This document shows positions 1-9,821 of a stretch of DNA of 64,000 nucleotides, in pieces. Under the pieces are notes generated by a model that made no database searches, was not told where the DNA came from, and worked only from the letters and a program-made list of their open reading frames with translations. How positions within the stretch are numbered: position 1 is the first letter of the stretch; every line of letters begins with the position of its first letter. This stretch comes from Candidatus Latescibacterota bacterium (lineage in GTDB: Bacteria > Latescibacterota > UBA2968), in the NCBI GenBank assembly GCA_965208125.1, contig OZ242320.1, positions 2,272,001-2,336,000 on the forward strand, read 5' to 3'. Made by a program: the position numbers and the translations under genes.

Positions 1-4
1 CGAA

Positions 5-3000
5 TTGTCCATAACGGGTATTCCCATTCCTCCTTTGCAGAGTTATGCTGCTGAACTTGTTTTTGATGAGACTCTTTTAGGGGTTACATCAGCTGTAAAT
101 GGCAATGGGGATGATCTTACTGGCTTGGGCACCGTAATTGGTAACCCTAAGTTTTTATCCTGGACAAATAGGGGGGATGTTAATAATCCACCGCCCGCGC
201 CCGCAGTGTTGGCGACGGTTACGTTTACCACAAAAAAAGATATAGCAGCGGATGATATGTTTTCCGTTGGTATTGATCCTGCGAGTATTGTGGCCTCAGG
301 TCTTGATGAGGCTACATTAGCTGTTGTCAGGGCTGGCGTGCCAGGTGCTATCATGTTTAATGAGGCGGTTGATCCGCCAGATCCGCCAGATCCGCCAGAT
401 CCACCAGATCCGCCAGATCCACCAGAGCCACCACCGATTGATATTGGTGATGGGATGGTTTCTCTGACGAGTGGTGGTGCAAGCATAGTGCGCGGTGTTG
501 AAGCAGGGGGGACTGTAGAAGTCGATGTCGCTATTGGTGGAATGACAGGGGCTTATGGTGGTAATATGGTCTTTCGTGTTACGCCTCCTGTGGCGTCGAT
601 CTCAAATGTGGCTCCTGCCGATGGTTTGCTCTTGGTCGAACAATCAGGTATGAGTGTCACGCTTGCGGGGCCACCGATGGACCGCGGCAGTTTTGCCACT
701 GTGACGTTTACGGCAAGTGCTGGTGGCGAGTTTGTCATTAGCCTCGATTCGTTTGATGTGTTTACGACGCCAGATGCGGATAAAGAAGCTGCGAATGTTT
801 CTCTTGCGCGTTTGGCGGTCAACAGGCCGCTTCCCACGCTGATGGGACCAGATAGCGATGTGATGATTATGCCTGGTGGCTCGGCAACGGCGATGGTGAC
901 TGCGGATGGATTTGTTGGTCCTGTTACCTTTGATGGCGCCGAAGCGGATGGTTCTGTGACGGCGAGTGCGCCTGGTGAAGTGATGGTGACAGCTACCGAT
1001 GGTATAGATCCACACGCACCTTCTGTGACGATTAATTTTGTGTGGGGTCCGCTTACGCTGACGGCGAGTGATCCCGATCCAGTGAAGCCTGGTGGTAGTA
1101 GTTCGTCGATGTTGACAGTTGAAGGTCAGGCCGATGGCGCAACGGTTGTGATTACCTCGAGCAACGACGCTGTGACGATCAGTGATGATGGTACGATGGC
1201 GAGCGCGAGTGGTCCTGCTGAGGCGACGTTGACGGCCACAGTTGGCGATGCACCGCCAGCGACTGCTGATGTTGCGTTTGTGTGGGGTCCGCTTACGCTG
1301 AGTGCGAGTGATCCCGATCCAGTGAAGCCTGGTGGTAGTAGTTCGTCGATGTTGACAGTTGAAGGTCAGGCCGATGGCGCAACGGTTGTGATTACCTCGA
1401 GCAACGACGCTGTGACGATCAGTGATGATGGTACGATGGCGAGCGCGAGTGGTCCTGCTGAGGCGACGTTGACGGCCACAGTTGGCGATGCACCGCCAGC
1501 GACTGCTGATGTTGCGTTTGTGTGGGGTCCGCTTACGCTGAGTGCGAGTGATCCCGATCCAGTGAAGCCTGGTGGTAGTAGTTCGTCGATGTTGACAGTT
1601 GAAGGTCAGGCCGATGGCGCAACGGTTGTGATTACCTCGAGCAACGACGCTGTGACGATCAGTGATGATGGTACGATGGCGAGCGCGAGTGGTCCTGCTG
1701 AGGCGACGTTGACGGCCACAGTTGGCGATGCACCCCCAGCGACTGCTGATGTTGCGTTTGTGTGGGGTGAGCTTACGCTGGAGGGACCCGCAGAGGTCAT
1801 CATTGGTCCTGATGGTGGAATGGCGACTGTGACGGTGACTGGTCAGGCCGATGGCGTAGATGCCGTGGTTACCTCAGACAACGATGCTGTGATGGTGGAT
1901 GGTTATACGGTATCGGCGAGTGTTGCTGCTTCGGCGACGTTGACGGCCACAGTTGGTGATGCGCCACCATCCAATTCTATTTCGATTAAGTTTAATCCGT
2001 CTCTGCAGACAGATATGGCAGAGATGACGATTCCTCGCGGTGAATCGGCTATGGCGATGATTACGACTGCCGGTTTTCCCGCAGGTGCGGACGTTAAATT
2101 TACTGTTACTGCCGATACTGATGTTCAGTCTTCAGATGATGGTTCAACCTTGACGCTGACATCTAACGTTGCCGGTGATGTGACAGTGGTAGCTACCGAT
2201 GGAACAGATACTACTGCTCCGCTCACGATTACATTTTTGCCAACACCTCCTGAATTGGTTTCAAATGTCGCTGATAATATGGCTTCAATTCCAGTAGGTG
2301 GCAGTGCTGCGGTGGTTGTGACGGCATTGGATTTTGGTGAAGGGATTTCCTTTGAGACAGAAGTAAATAGCCGATCAGGTACGGAAGGTGTCGCTACGGT
2401 TGACACGAAGCGAGATGGTGCCAATCTGGAATTGACGGCAAGTGGTATCGGTGGTGCTATTGTAACTGTGACAGCCAATGATGGCACGAATACGGCCAGT
2501 ATAGATATCGAGTTTGTGCCAGAAGATCTTACACTTGCGGCGGGTAAGAGTGAAGTTATGGTTCCCGTTGATGGCACTGGTTCTACGACGGTGACGGTGA
2601 GTGGTCAAGCCAATGACGACGATGTCGTGTTTACAGATGCCGACGGTAATGAGTTGGGCACAGGTTCGACGTTGACGTTGACGAGGGATGGTGCAGCCAC
2701 GGTGACCGTGACGGCAACAGTTAATGGCGTTTCATCCGAGCCCATCACTGTTGTATTTACGGATGGACAACTCGCACTTGTGATAGATAACGAAGAAGTT
2801 ACAGTTGCTCCCGGTGGTACTGGGATGGCGACTGCGTCGTTGATGAATCTTGCCGAGGGCGACGAGGCTTCCTTTACCGTAGAAACAACCGAAGGGGTTA
2901 CAGCAGAGGTAGGTGACACTGCTGTGACGTTGTCATCAAGTGGTGAAGGCTCGGCGACTGTGACAGCAATGGTTAATGGTCTTACGACTGGTTCTGTTTC

Positions 3001-6000
3001 TGTTGCGTTTGCACTGGGCGATCTTACGGTGGCACTGGCAGAAGGTTCTGAAGCTGCGAATACCGTGCTTCCCGGTGGCAGTGCATCTGCGTCGGTGATG
3101 GCGAGTGGTCAGGCCGAAGGCGCCGAGGTCGTGTTTGCCCTTGATGAAGGTTCAGAAGGTGCGACGATAGACGGTGCGACGGTATCTGCGGAAGGCGCAG
3201 GCACAGCGATTGTGTCGGCGTGGGTTGGTGATATTGGCTCCGCTAATACTGTTACGATCGAGTTTGCACAAGGTGCGCTTACGCTGGCTGGAGATACTGA
3301 GGCCTATATTCCTTATGGCGGCAGTGGTTCTGCGATGTTGACAGCGAGTGGTCAAGCCGAGGGTGCCGAGGTCATGTTTGCCGTAGAAGGCGAAGGCGTG
3401 ATGTCTGAGTCTGACGGTGCGACCGTGACGGTGTCCGCAAGTGCGCCTGCCACGGCGATGGTGACGGCATCAGTTGGCGATGTTATGTCCAATACTGTTG
3501 AAGTTGCCTTTATGGATGCGCCGCCTGAACTGCGCACAGAGACGCCTACAGTGACATTTGCCGATTTTGGTGAAACAGGTGTAGCGACAGTAACGGCTGT
3601 CGGTTTTCCCGAAGATGCCACGATCATGTTCAGGATTACAGGTGGTGCCGGGTTTGCAACGTCAGATGGTGCTGCATCCTGGACGGTATCGACGGATAAG
3701 GCCGGTGTTGTGACGTTGGAGGCCACCGACGGTACGAGTACGACACCTGAGTTGACGATTACATTTTTGAATCCAGATCCTTATCTGACCGCAGATCCGG
3801 AGGGTGCTGATGTTATTATTCCGGATGGTGGAGAGGTGATGGTTGCAGTTACAGCGACTGGTCTGGGTGACGGTATTAGTTGGACTGCCAGTGAAGTAAC
3901 CGGTACAGCTACGGTTAATATTGATACTGATGGTGCGACTGCGATGTTGACCGCGGTGGATTCTGATGATATATCTCAGACCTCTACGGTGACGTTGATC
4001 GCCTCTGATGGTACGCTGATGACTGCTCCGCTTACTGTTACTTTCAGGAAGATGCCCGAGCTTGCACCAGAGATGGTGGATGTCACGGTTCCTCAGACTG
4101 TGGTTGGCAGTAATTCGCAAATGGTAGTGGCCAATGGCTTTCCTCCCGGTACTGAGATTACGTTTAATGTCGAGGTGACGAGTGGTTTGGAAAGTTATCT
4201 CTCTCAGTCGGCAGACGGCAATGTGCTGACGCTGACGGCTACTGGTACGGTAACAGTGTCGGTGACGGCTACTGGCGCGGGCGTTACGACGGCTGCGGTT
4301 GAGGTGTCGTTTATGCAGGCACTGCCCGATGCTCCTTCCAGTGTGGTTGTGCAGGATAATCCTGGGGATAACGGCCATTATGTGATGGTGAGTTTTGCCA
4401 ATTCGGCAAATCACGCTGATGTGAGTCAGTATCGCGTTTATCGCGAGATGATGACGAATACCACGCTGGATGCCGACGGCAATGTGGTGACGACAGATAC
4501 GCCAGTTGCGACGTGGGTCCCCTGGGCTGTTATTGACGCGATGGACAATGATGATGAAGAAGGTATGACGCGAGCCGTTGTTCCGGTGACAGATAATAAT
4601 GCGACGCGCTGGGGCGTTGCTGCCGAGAAGGGTATGGCTTCGGCAGAGATTACGCCTTCTGGCAAGCGCGTGTTCTCCAAGGAGAGCGTGCAGGCGATCG
4701 TTCAGCTTCTGGGTGTCGATCCCAATCTGGTTGTGACCGAGAATGAGCTTGCCGAGATGTTGATGCCTTCTGCCGATTATATCCAGTCGATTATTGGTGA
4801 TCGGAAGAATGTGGTGTTTGCGGCACTGGATCCCGATTTGAGTGTTCTCATCGGCGATGTGACCGTTCCGCAGAATATCCGCACAGATGGACATCTTGGT
4901 CCCATTGTTTCGTCTGAAATTACGCCTACGGATGGTATGGTGGCTGCAGTAGATGATACAGCGCCTGCTGCTGTGAGCGATGTTACTGGCGATCCAGATA
5001 CCGGGCTTATTACCTGGACGGTGTCCGCCGATGATGGCGGCATGGATGCTGTGATGTATCGCGGCCATGCGATTATGATTCCGCATTTGGTGGGTTATAA
5101 GGTTATGGCTGGTATCACCCCAGATGAGATGACGATTGATGTCACGCAACTGGTTCTTCCCGAAACAGGGGTTCTTCCCCCTGGTACGGGTAGTTTGCAA
5201 GTTCCCCGAGTATTGATCGAGGGGCTGATTAATCAGGGTTTGCCCGCGGTGTTTGTGACCGTGGTTGCGATGGACGGTACGAATATGACGCCGAGTGTGC
5301 CGCTGATGGTTGAGCTTGCACCGAAGCGCAAGGCGTTTGTGGATGCCGATGGCAATCCGGTTTATATTATCAAACTCGACGGGGATTTGATGGTCGGCTT
5401 AGACGACTTTATAGCCTTTGTGATGGCGTATAATACCAGCGAGGCTACCTCGTCGCGCGAGGACTGGAGAGTCTTTATTCAGTCTGACCTGAATGACGAT
5501 ACGGTGGTTGATTTCGCCGACTTTATCCTGTTCTTTGGCACGTATGGCAAAACAGCAGTCGGTCCTTCTGGCAAGTCTCTGATTCCGCCTCCCGGCGTGA
5601 ATGAGAATGCCGAATTCTTGTTGCGTTTGGGCAGTGATCGCGTGGTGTCTGGCGAGACGATGTTTGTGGATGTGTCTCTGGCCAATGTGCAAGCTCTGAT
5701 GGGTTATGGGTTTGTGCTGCACTACGATGCCGAGATTTTTGAGTTTGTAGAAGCGATGCCAGCTGCTGAGGATCTGCTGATGTCTTCAGGTGGCGAGACG
5801 CCGCTGTTCAATAGCTTGTCGCCTGAGGCCGGGCAGGTTCACGTTATGAATGCGATTGTGAACGGCTCGGAGGTTTCCGGCGGTGGCGATATTGTTCGGT
5901 TGGTGTTCCGCGTGTTGCGCAATTTTGAAGATAATGCGCGGTTTGAGATTGCCGACGGTCTGGTTTTCGACCCGAGTCAACTCGCCAATCCACTGGCTGG

Positions 6001-6310
6001 CGGTGTGCTGGATATCCAGACGACGCCTACAGAGTTTGCACTGCTCCAGAATTTCCCCAATCCATTTAACCCCGAGACGACGATCAGTTATGAATTGGCC
6101 GAGTCTGCCGATGTGACGCTCCAGATTTACAATGTGGTGGGTCAGGTGGTTCGGACGCTTATAGCTGCTGAATCGCATTCGGTCGGTCGTTATCAAGTCC
6201 GTTGGGACGGTATGGACGATCGCGGGATGCCGGTTTCGAGTGGGATTTATTTCTACCAGATTTCGGCAGGGAAGTTCCAGGATGTGCGGAAGCTGATGCT
6301 GCTCAAGTAA
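5..6310 (+). CDS. Large secreted surface protein (5' end truncated by the window): cohesin-like and Ig-like repeats, dockerin-like EF-hand pair, cohesin, C-terminal FlgD-Ig/T9SS-type sorting domain
   Basis: The frame is open from the window edge. C-terminus FALLQNFPNPFNPETTISY...SGIYFYQI...RKLMLLK. Paired EF-hand-like motifs KLDGDLMVGLDDF and DLNDDTVVDFADF. Cohesin-like GETMFVDVSLANVQALMGYGFVLHYDAEIFEFV. Thr/Ala/Val/Asp-rich beta repeats. Confidence 0.85.
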   Translation: MSITGIPIPPLQSYAAELVFDETLLGVTSAVNGNGDDLTGLGTVIGNPKFLSWTNRGDVNNPPPAPAVLATVTFTTKKDIAADDMFSVGIDPASIVASGLDEATLAVVRAGVPGAIMFNEAVDPPDPPDPPDPPDPPDPPEPPPIDIGDGMVSLTSGGASIVRGVEAGGTVEVDVAIGGMTGAYGGNMVFRVTPPVASISNVAPADGLLLVEQSGMSVTLAGPPMDRGSFATVTFTASAGGEFVISLDSFDVFTTPDADKEAANVSLARLAVNRPLPTLMGPDSDVMIMPGGSATAMVTADGFVGPVTFDGAEADGSVTASAPGEVMVTATDGIDPHAPSVTINFVWGPLTLTASDPDPVKPGGSSSSMLTVEGQADGATVVITSSNDAVTISDDGTMASASGPAEATLTATVGDAPPATADVAFVWGPLTLSASDPDPVKPGGSSSSMLTVEGQADGATVVITSSNDAVTISDDGTMASASGPAEATLTATVGDAPPATADVAFVWGPLTLSASDPDPVKPGGSSSSMLTVEGQADGATVVITSSNDAVTISDDGTMASASGPAEATLTATVGDAPPATADVAFVWGELTLEGPAEVIIGPDGGMATVTVTGQADGVDAVVTSDNDAVMVDGYTVSASVAASATLTATVGDAPPSNSISIKFNPSLQTDMAEMTIPRGESAMAMITTAGFPAGADVKFTVTADTDVQSSDDGSTLTLTSNVAGDVTVVATDGTDTTAPLTITFLPTPPELVSNVADNMASIPVGGSAAVVVTALDFGEGISFETEVNSRSGTEGVATVDTKRDGANLELTASGIGGAIVTVTANDGTNTASIDIEFVPEDLTLAAGKSEVMVPVDGTGSTTVTVSGQANDDDVVFTDADGNELGTGSTLTLTRDGAATVTVTATVNGVSSEPITVVFTDGQLALVIDNEEVTVAPGGTGMATASLMNLAEGDEASFTVETTEGVTAEVGDTAVTLSSSGEGSATVTAMVNGLTTGSVSVAFALGDLTVALAEGSEAANTVLPGGSASASVMASGQAEGAEVVFALDEGSEGATIDGATVSAEGAGTAIVSAWVGDIGSANTVTIEFAQGALTLAGDTEAYIPYGGSGSAMLTASGQAEGAEVMFAVEGEGVMSESDGATVTVSASAPATAMVTASVGDVMSNTVEVAFMDAPPELRTETPTVTFADFGETGVATVTAVGFPEDATIMFRITGGAGFATSDGAASWTVSTDKAGVVTLEATDGTSTTPELTITFLNPDPYLTADPEGADVIIPDGGEVMVAVTATGLGDGISWTASEVTGTATVNIDTDGATAMLTAVDSDDISQTSTVTLIASDGTLMTAPLTVTFRKMPELAPEMVDVTVPQTVVGSNSQMVVANGFPPGTEITFNVEVTSGLESYLSQSADGNVLTLTATGTVTVSVTATGAGVTTAAVEVSFMQALPDAPSSVVVQDNPGDNGHYVMVSFANSANHADVSQYRVYREMMTNTTLDADGNVVTTDTPVATWVPWAVIDAMDNDDEEGMTRAVVPVTDNNATRWGVAAEKGMASAEITPSGKRVFSKESVQAIVQLLGVDPNLVVTENELAEMLMPSADYIQSIIGDRKNVVFAALDPDLSVLIGDVTVPQNIRTDGHLGPIVSSEITPTDGMVAAVDDTAPAAVSDVTGDPDTGLITWTVSADDGGMDAVMYRGHAIMIPHLVGYKVMAGITPDEMTIDVTQLVLPETGVLPPGTGSLQVPRVLIEGLINQGLPAVFVTVVAMDGTNMTPSVPLMVELAPKRKAFVDADGNPVYIIKLDGDLMVGLDDFIAFVMAYNTSEATSSREDWRVFIQSDLNDDTVVDFADFILFFGTYGKTAVGPSGKSLIPPPGVNENAEFLLRLGSDRVVSGETMFVDVSLANVQALMGYGFVLHYDAEIFEFVEAMPAAEDLLMSSGGETPLFNSLSPEAGQVHVMNAIVNGSEVSGGGDIVRLVFRVLRNFEDNARFEIADGLVFDPSQLANPLAGGVLDIQTTPTEFALLQNFPNPFNPETTISYELAESADVTLQIYNVVGQVVRTLIAAESHSVGRYQVRWDGMDDRGMPVSSGIYFYQISAGKFQDVRKLMLLK
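371..433 (+). repeat. 9-bp tandem repeat GATCC(G/A)CCA x7 encoding a (DPP)n linker
   Basis: Direct reading of the sequence; protein DPPDPPDPPDPPDPPDPPEPP. Confidence 0.95.
1037..1780 (+). repeat. Three near-identical 240-bp tandem repeats (80-aa Ig-like module) inside the CDS
   Basis: TTTGTGTGGGGT...GCTTACGCTG recurs at 1037, 1277, 1517 and 1757; only a few substitutions between copies. Confidence 0.95.
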
Positions 6311-6318
6311 TTCGTTTT

Positions 6319-6346
6319 GTAGGGGCGAGGCCTGCCTCGCCCCTAC
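6319..6346. repeat. GTAG-tagged REP-like palindrome
   Basis: GTAGGGGCGAGGC-CT-GCCTCGCCCCTAC, a perfect hairpin between the two surface-protein genes. Confidence 0.85.
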
Positions 6347-6402
6347 TTGATTTTTCCCCTTAGAACTTACAAGGAGTAGTTTTCAGCGAAGGAGTTTTGC
6401 AA

Positions 6403-8478
6403 ATGTTCTTGAAAAAAGAATTGTTATTTTTTACTGCCCTTGCATTTCTGGCATTTGCGGGTCAAGCTTCTGCTGGTCCCAATGCAAATGCGACGGTATC
6501 GATTGATTTGATTACCGATGGCGGGGCAGGCAATCAGATGGATGAAGGCGTTCATGCAGGCAATGTCTCTGGAGAGGGCACGAAAATTGCCGTTGAGGTT
6601 TTCGCTCAGGGTGTGACTACGACGCTGGTCGGCGTGCAGATCATATTTGAATTTGATGATACTGTTTTGAAGTTTGACAAAGTCGAGAACAGTGCATTTG
6701 GCTTAATTATTCCAGGGACGGCTAACATGGGTGCTCTTGCGCCTGTTACGTTACCCGAGTCTGGTTTTCTGGCACGTGCCGAGTTTTCTACTGTGGTGGA
6801 TGTTACGGGTAAGGAATTTTCCCTCGGTATTAAGTCGGTGACGCTGGCTGCAACCGCAGACCAGGCGGATCAGGACACAATCACGCCAGAGATGATGGCG
6901 ATGATGAGTACGATTAATTTTAATGTCGCGCCCAAGCTGCAGACAGCTACGCCTGTTGTCCCGGTGCCGCCAGGTGGCACGGGGATGGCGACGGTGATGG
7001 CAGTGAATTTCCCCGCGGATGCGACGATTACCTTTGATGTGCAGGGCATGATGCTCGATAATATTATGCATGCTCAGGAAGGTGCCACGCTGACGCTGAC
7101 GGCGAGTGGTCCGGCACAGGCGGTTGTGACGGCGAGTGATGGCATGGCCACAACCGAGCCGCTTACGATTGTGTTTGTCGAGGTGCGGCTTCCCGCATTG
7201 GATGCCGTTGTGGGCATGGACATGAATATGATGGATGATGGCAATACATCGGCTGGTGCTGGTGCCAACGAAGAGATCGCTATTGAGGTGTTTGTAGGTG
7301 ATGTAGAAGGTGATGTTCTCTTTGGTGGTGCGAGTATGACGTTCGTTGTTGATCCGGCTGCTGCTGCGATGGTCACGGGTTTTGAGCCTGCTGATGGTTT
7401 GACGTTGTTGGGCATGTCAAATGATAATCTTCAGGTCGATGTTGGTTCTGAAGAGGGCGTGATGCTGGCCAATGGTGGCTATGTGGGTACACTGAAGCTG
7501 ATGACTGGTGCCGAGGAAATGTCTTTTTCAGTTGGCGTTGCGTCGATGGATGTGCTTCTCGGTTCTGGTGAGACCATGATGCTGCCTTATATTCCCGCAC
7601 CGGTGATGTACAATTTCGGTCCGCGGCTGGAGGTGTCGGCATCAATTGCGACGATTCCGCGCGGTGGTGAAGCGACGATTAAAATTACGGCGCTGGGTTT
7701 TGCCGATGGTGCGAAGATTACTTTTTCGCATACTGTAGAAGGCGCAGCTATGGTCGATGGTCACCCGGAAATGGATATGCAGAATGTCTATACGTTGACT
7801 GCGACCGGTCTGGGTTCCGCTGTTGTGACGGTGACGGCTTCCGATGGCATGGCTGCTGTTGAGGTGACGGTTCAGTTTGACGAGCAGGTGCCGATTGAGT
7901 TGTCGTCGTTTGTCGGATCTGTGGTCGAAGACCGCGTGGTGCTCAATTGGGCGACGGCTTCGCAGACCAATAATGCGGGTTTCCGCGTGCTTCGCAGTAC
8001 GGATGGAGAGACCTACGAGGTGGTCAGCGAGCTCATAGCCGGTGCCGGTACGACCGATCAGTTGATGGATTATATGTTTGAGGATACGAGCCTTCCGGCT
8101 GCTGAGATCGTTTATTATGTTCTCGAGCAGGTTGACCTGGATGGGACGATTAACCGTTCGAATCCGATTGAGGTGCTGTTGGGCGCGCGCTTTACGCTGC
8201 CCACAGAGTTTGCTTCGGCTGTGTATCCCAATCCGTTTAACCCACGGACGACGATTTCCTACGATTTGCCCGCTGAAGCAGATGTGTCTATCGTGATTTA
8301 CGATGCGATTGGGCAGGAGATTCGTCACCTCGTGAGTCGGCATTATACAGCGGGTCGCTATAGTGTCCAGTGGGATGCTAAGGACTTTATGGGCCGCAGT
8401 GTTGGTAGTGGCGTTTATATCGCCAAGATCAAAGCGGGTCCAAATACCGCGATCCAGAAAATGTTGCTGTTGAAGTAG
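6403..8478 (+). CDS. Secreted protein with cohesin-like domains and C-terminal FlgD-Ig/T9SS-type sorting domain; Met-rich
   Basis: GGAG at 6391 then ATG at 6403 (TTG at 6397 is an alternative start). Signal peptide ending AGQASA. PIELSSF...LNWATASQTNNAGF and YPNPFNP...QKMLLLK motifs. Confidence 0.85.
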   Translation: MFLKKELLFFTALAFLAFAGQASAGPNANATVSIDLITDGGAGNQMDEGVHAGNVSGEGTKIAVEVFAQGVTTTLVGVQIIFEFDDTVLKFDKVENSAFGLIIPGTANMGALAPVTLPESGFLARAEFSTVVDVTGKEFSLGIKSVTLAATADQADQDTITPEMMAMMSTINFNVAPKLQTATPVVPVPPGGTGMATVMAVNFPADATITFDVQGMMLDNIMHAQEGATLTLTASGPAQAVVTASDGMATTEPLTIVFVEVRLPALDAVVGMDMNMMDDGNTSAGAGANEEIAIEVFVGDVEGDVLFGGASMTFVVDPAAAAMVTGFEPADGLTLLGMSNDNLQVDVGSEEGVMLANGGYVGTLKLMTGAEEMSFSVGVASMDVLLGSGETMMLPYIPAPVMYNFGPRLEVSASIATIPRGGEATIKITALGFADGAKITFSHTVEGAAMVDGHPEMDMQNVYTLTATGLGSAVVTVTASDGMAAVEVTVQFDEQVPIELSSFVGSVVEDRVVLNWATASQTNNAGFRVLRSTDGETYEVVSELIAGAGTTDQLMDYMFEDTSLPAAEIVYYVLEQVDLDGTINRSNPIEVLLGARFTLPTEFASAVYPNPFNPRTTISYDLPAEADVSIVIYDAIGQEIRHLVSRHYTAGRYSVQWDAKDFMGRSVGSGVYIAKIKAGPNTAIQKMLLLK

Positions 8479-8547
8479 GGTCGGGTTTCCAACCCGCCCT
8501 CCCTTGTGGTTGCCCGATTGTAGAGGCGGGTTTAAAACCCGCCTGTA
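8475..8547. repeat. GTAG REP cluster; the first GTAG contains the stop codon of the upstream gene
   Basis: GTAGGGTCGGGTTTCCAACCCGCC and GTAGAGGCGGGTTTAAAACCCGCCTGTA. Confidence 0.75.
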
Positions 8548-8581
8548 AGGATGGCGCCGATTCCTGGGACGGTGCCGATTC

Positions 8582-8621
8582 AAAAAGGCCATTGGACATT
8601 TTGTCCAGTGGCCTTTTTTTT
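8582..8621 (+). terminator. Intrinsic terminator (potentially bidirectional)
   Basis: AAAAAGGCCATTGGACA-TTT-TGTCCAGTGGCCTTTTTTTT. Confidence 0.85.
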
Positions 8622-8706
8622 ATTATTGCGATATTATATATGTGAAACTATATTCGAGCACGAAACGTCGGTTAAATAAATAGCTGAATAAATAAAGGAG
8701 TTTTGA

Positions 8707-9720
8707 ATGGAGAAGGTGCGAATGGGCTTGATCGGGTGTGGTGGCAATATGGGCGGTCATCTCGGGCGGTTGATGAAGATGCAGGATGTGGAGGTTGTGG
8801 CGCTGGCAGATCCGAGTGAAGCGAGTTTTGCGCGGTTGTTTGCGCGCGTGCCAGAGGCAGAACAGTTGCCGAGGTTTGCAGATCACAGGGAGATGCTTGC
8901 CAGTGTGGAGATGGATGCGACAGAGATTTCTACGCCGCATACGTTGCATTTTGAACAGATTATGGATAGTCTGGATAAGGGTTTGCATGTGCTGACAGAG
9001 AAGCCGATGGTGTGTACGGTTGATCACGCGTTTCAAGTGATGGATAAGGCAGAGGAGGTGGATCGCGTTTTGATGGTGTCCTATCAACGGCACCTGTCAC
9101 CGACGTTTCGGTTTATGCGGAATCAGATTCAGGCGGGGGAGATCGGAGAGGTTCAGTTTATTCAGGCGATGCAAGATCAGCACTGGTATGAGAATCAACA
9201 GGGGAAGTGGCGACAGGTTCACGCGCTGTCGGGCGGGGGTCAATTGAATGATTCAGGGAGCCATTTGCTGGATATTGTGCTGTGGATGGTGGATCAGGCA
9301 CCCACACGCGTGTCGGCGTTTATGGATTATTTGGATACAGAGGTGGATATCAATTCGGCGCTGTCGATTGTGTTTGAGAATGGTGCGTTGGCGAATTTTT
9401 CTATTGTGGGTACAGGTCCCGGTCCCGGGATGTGGGAGGATATTACGATTTGGGGCACAAAGGGGGCGATTTATTCTCGCAATGGGAAGGTGACGTGCAA
9501 ATACGGTGGCAGCGCACCGGTAGAGGTGGATGCGAATCGTTTGCCTTCGCGGTTTGTGAGTCCAGATCAAAATTTTGTGGATGCGATTTTGGGGCGCGAT
9601 GAAGTTCAGGTTCCGCCAGTGTGCGGTTTGCGCGTGATCCAGTTGACCGAAGCGGCATGGGAGTCGGCAGAAAAAGGCGGTCGCCCGGTGCGCGTGAAGC
9701 GCACGCGAAGTAGGAAGTAG
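8707..9720 (+). CDS. Gfo/Idh/MocA family oxidoreductase
   Basis: GLIGCGG Rossmann motif, TPHTLH, EKPM, GGGQLNDSGSHLLD; SD AAGGAG. Confidence 0.92.
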   Translation: MEKVRMGLIGCGGNMGGHLGRLMKMQDVEVVALADPSEASFARLFARVPEAEQLPRFADHREMLASVEMDATEISTPHTLHFEQIMDSLDKGLHVLTEKPMVCTVDHAFQVMDKAEEVDRVLMVSYQRHLSPTFRFMRNQIQAGEIGEVQFIQAMQDQHWYENQQGKWRQVHALSGGGQLNDSGSHLLDIVLWMVDQAPTRVSAFMDYLDTEVDINSALSIVFENGALANFSIVGTGPGPGMWEDITIWGTKGAIYSRNGKVTCKYGGSAPVEVDANRLPSRFVSPDQNFVDAILGRDEVQVPPVCGLRVIQLTEAAWESAEKGGRPVRVKRTRSRK

Positions 9721-9752
9721 GAAGTGAGAAGTGAGAAGTGAGAAGTGAGAAG
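9707..9752 (+). repeat. Heptamer tandem array GAAGTAG/GAAGTGA x6, overlapping the stop codon
   Basis: Direct reading; followed by a GTAG palindrome at 9773-9798. Confidence 0.9.
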
Positions 9753-9821
9753 AGGGAGGGCCTCACACAAACGTAGGAGACGGTCCCCGTGCCGTCCCGT
9801 TGCGATCCAGGAGGTTTTCTT

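Noticed and set aside
3662-5200. 512-aa antisense ORF (similar ones at 7642-8592, 14373-15326, 36523-37473, 40469-41713)
   Set aside because: Shadow frames of well-supported genes on the opposite strand; His/Arg-rich composition and no motifs
9707-9752. Heptamer arrays as phase-variation switches
   Set aside because: They lie at or after stop codons, so unit-number changes would not frameshift the functional part of the genes
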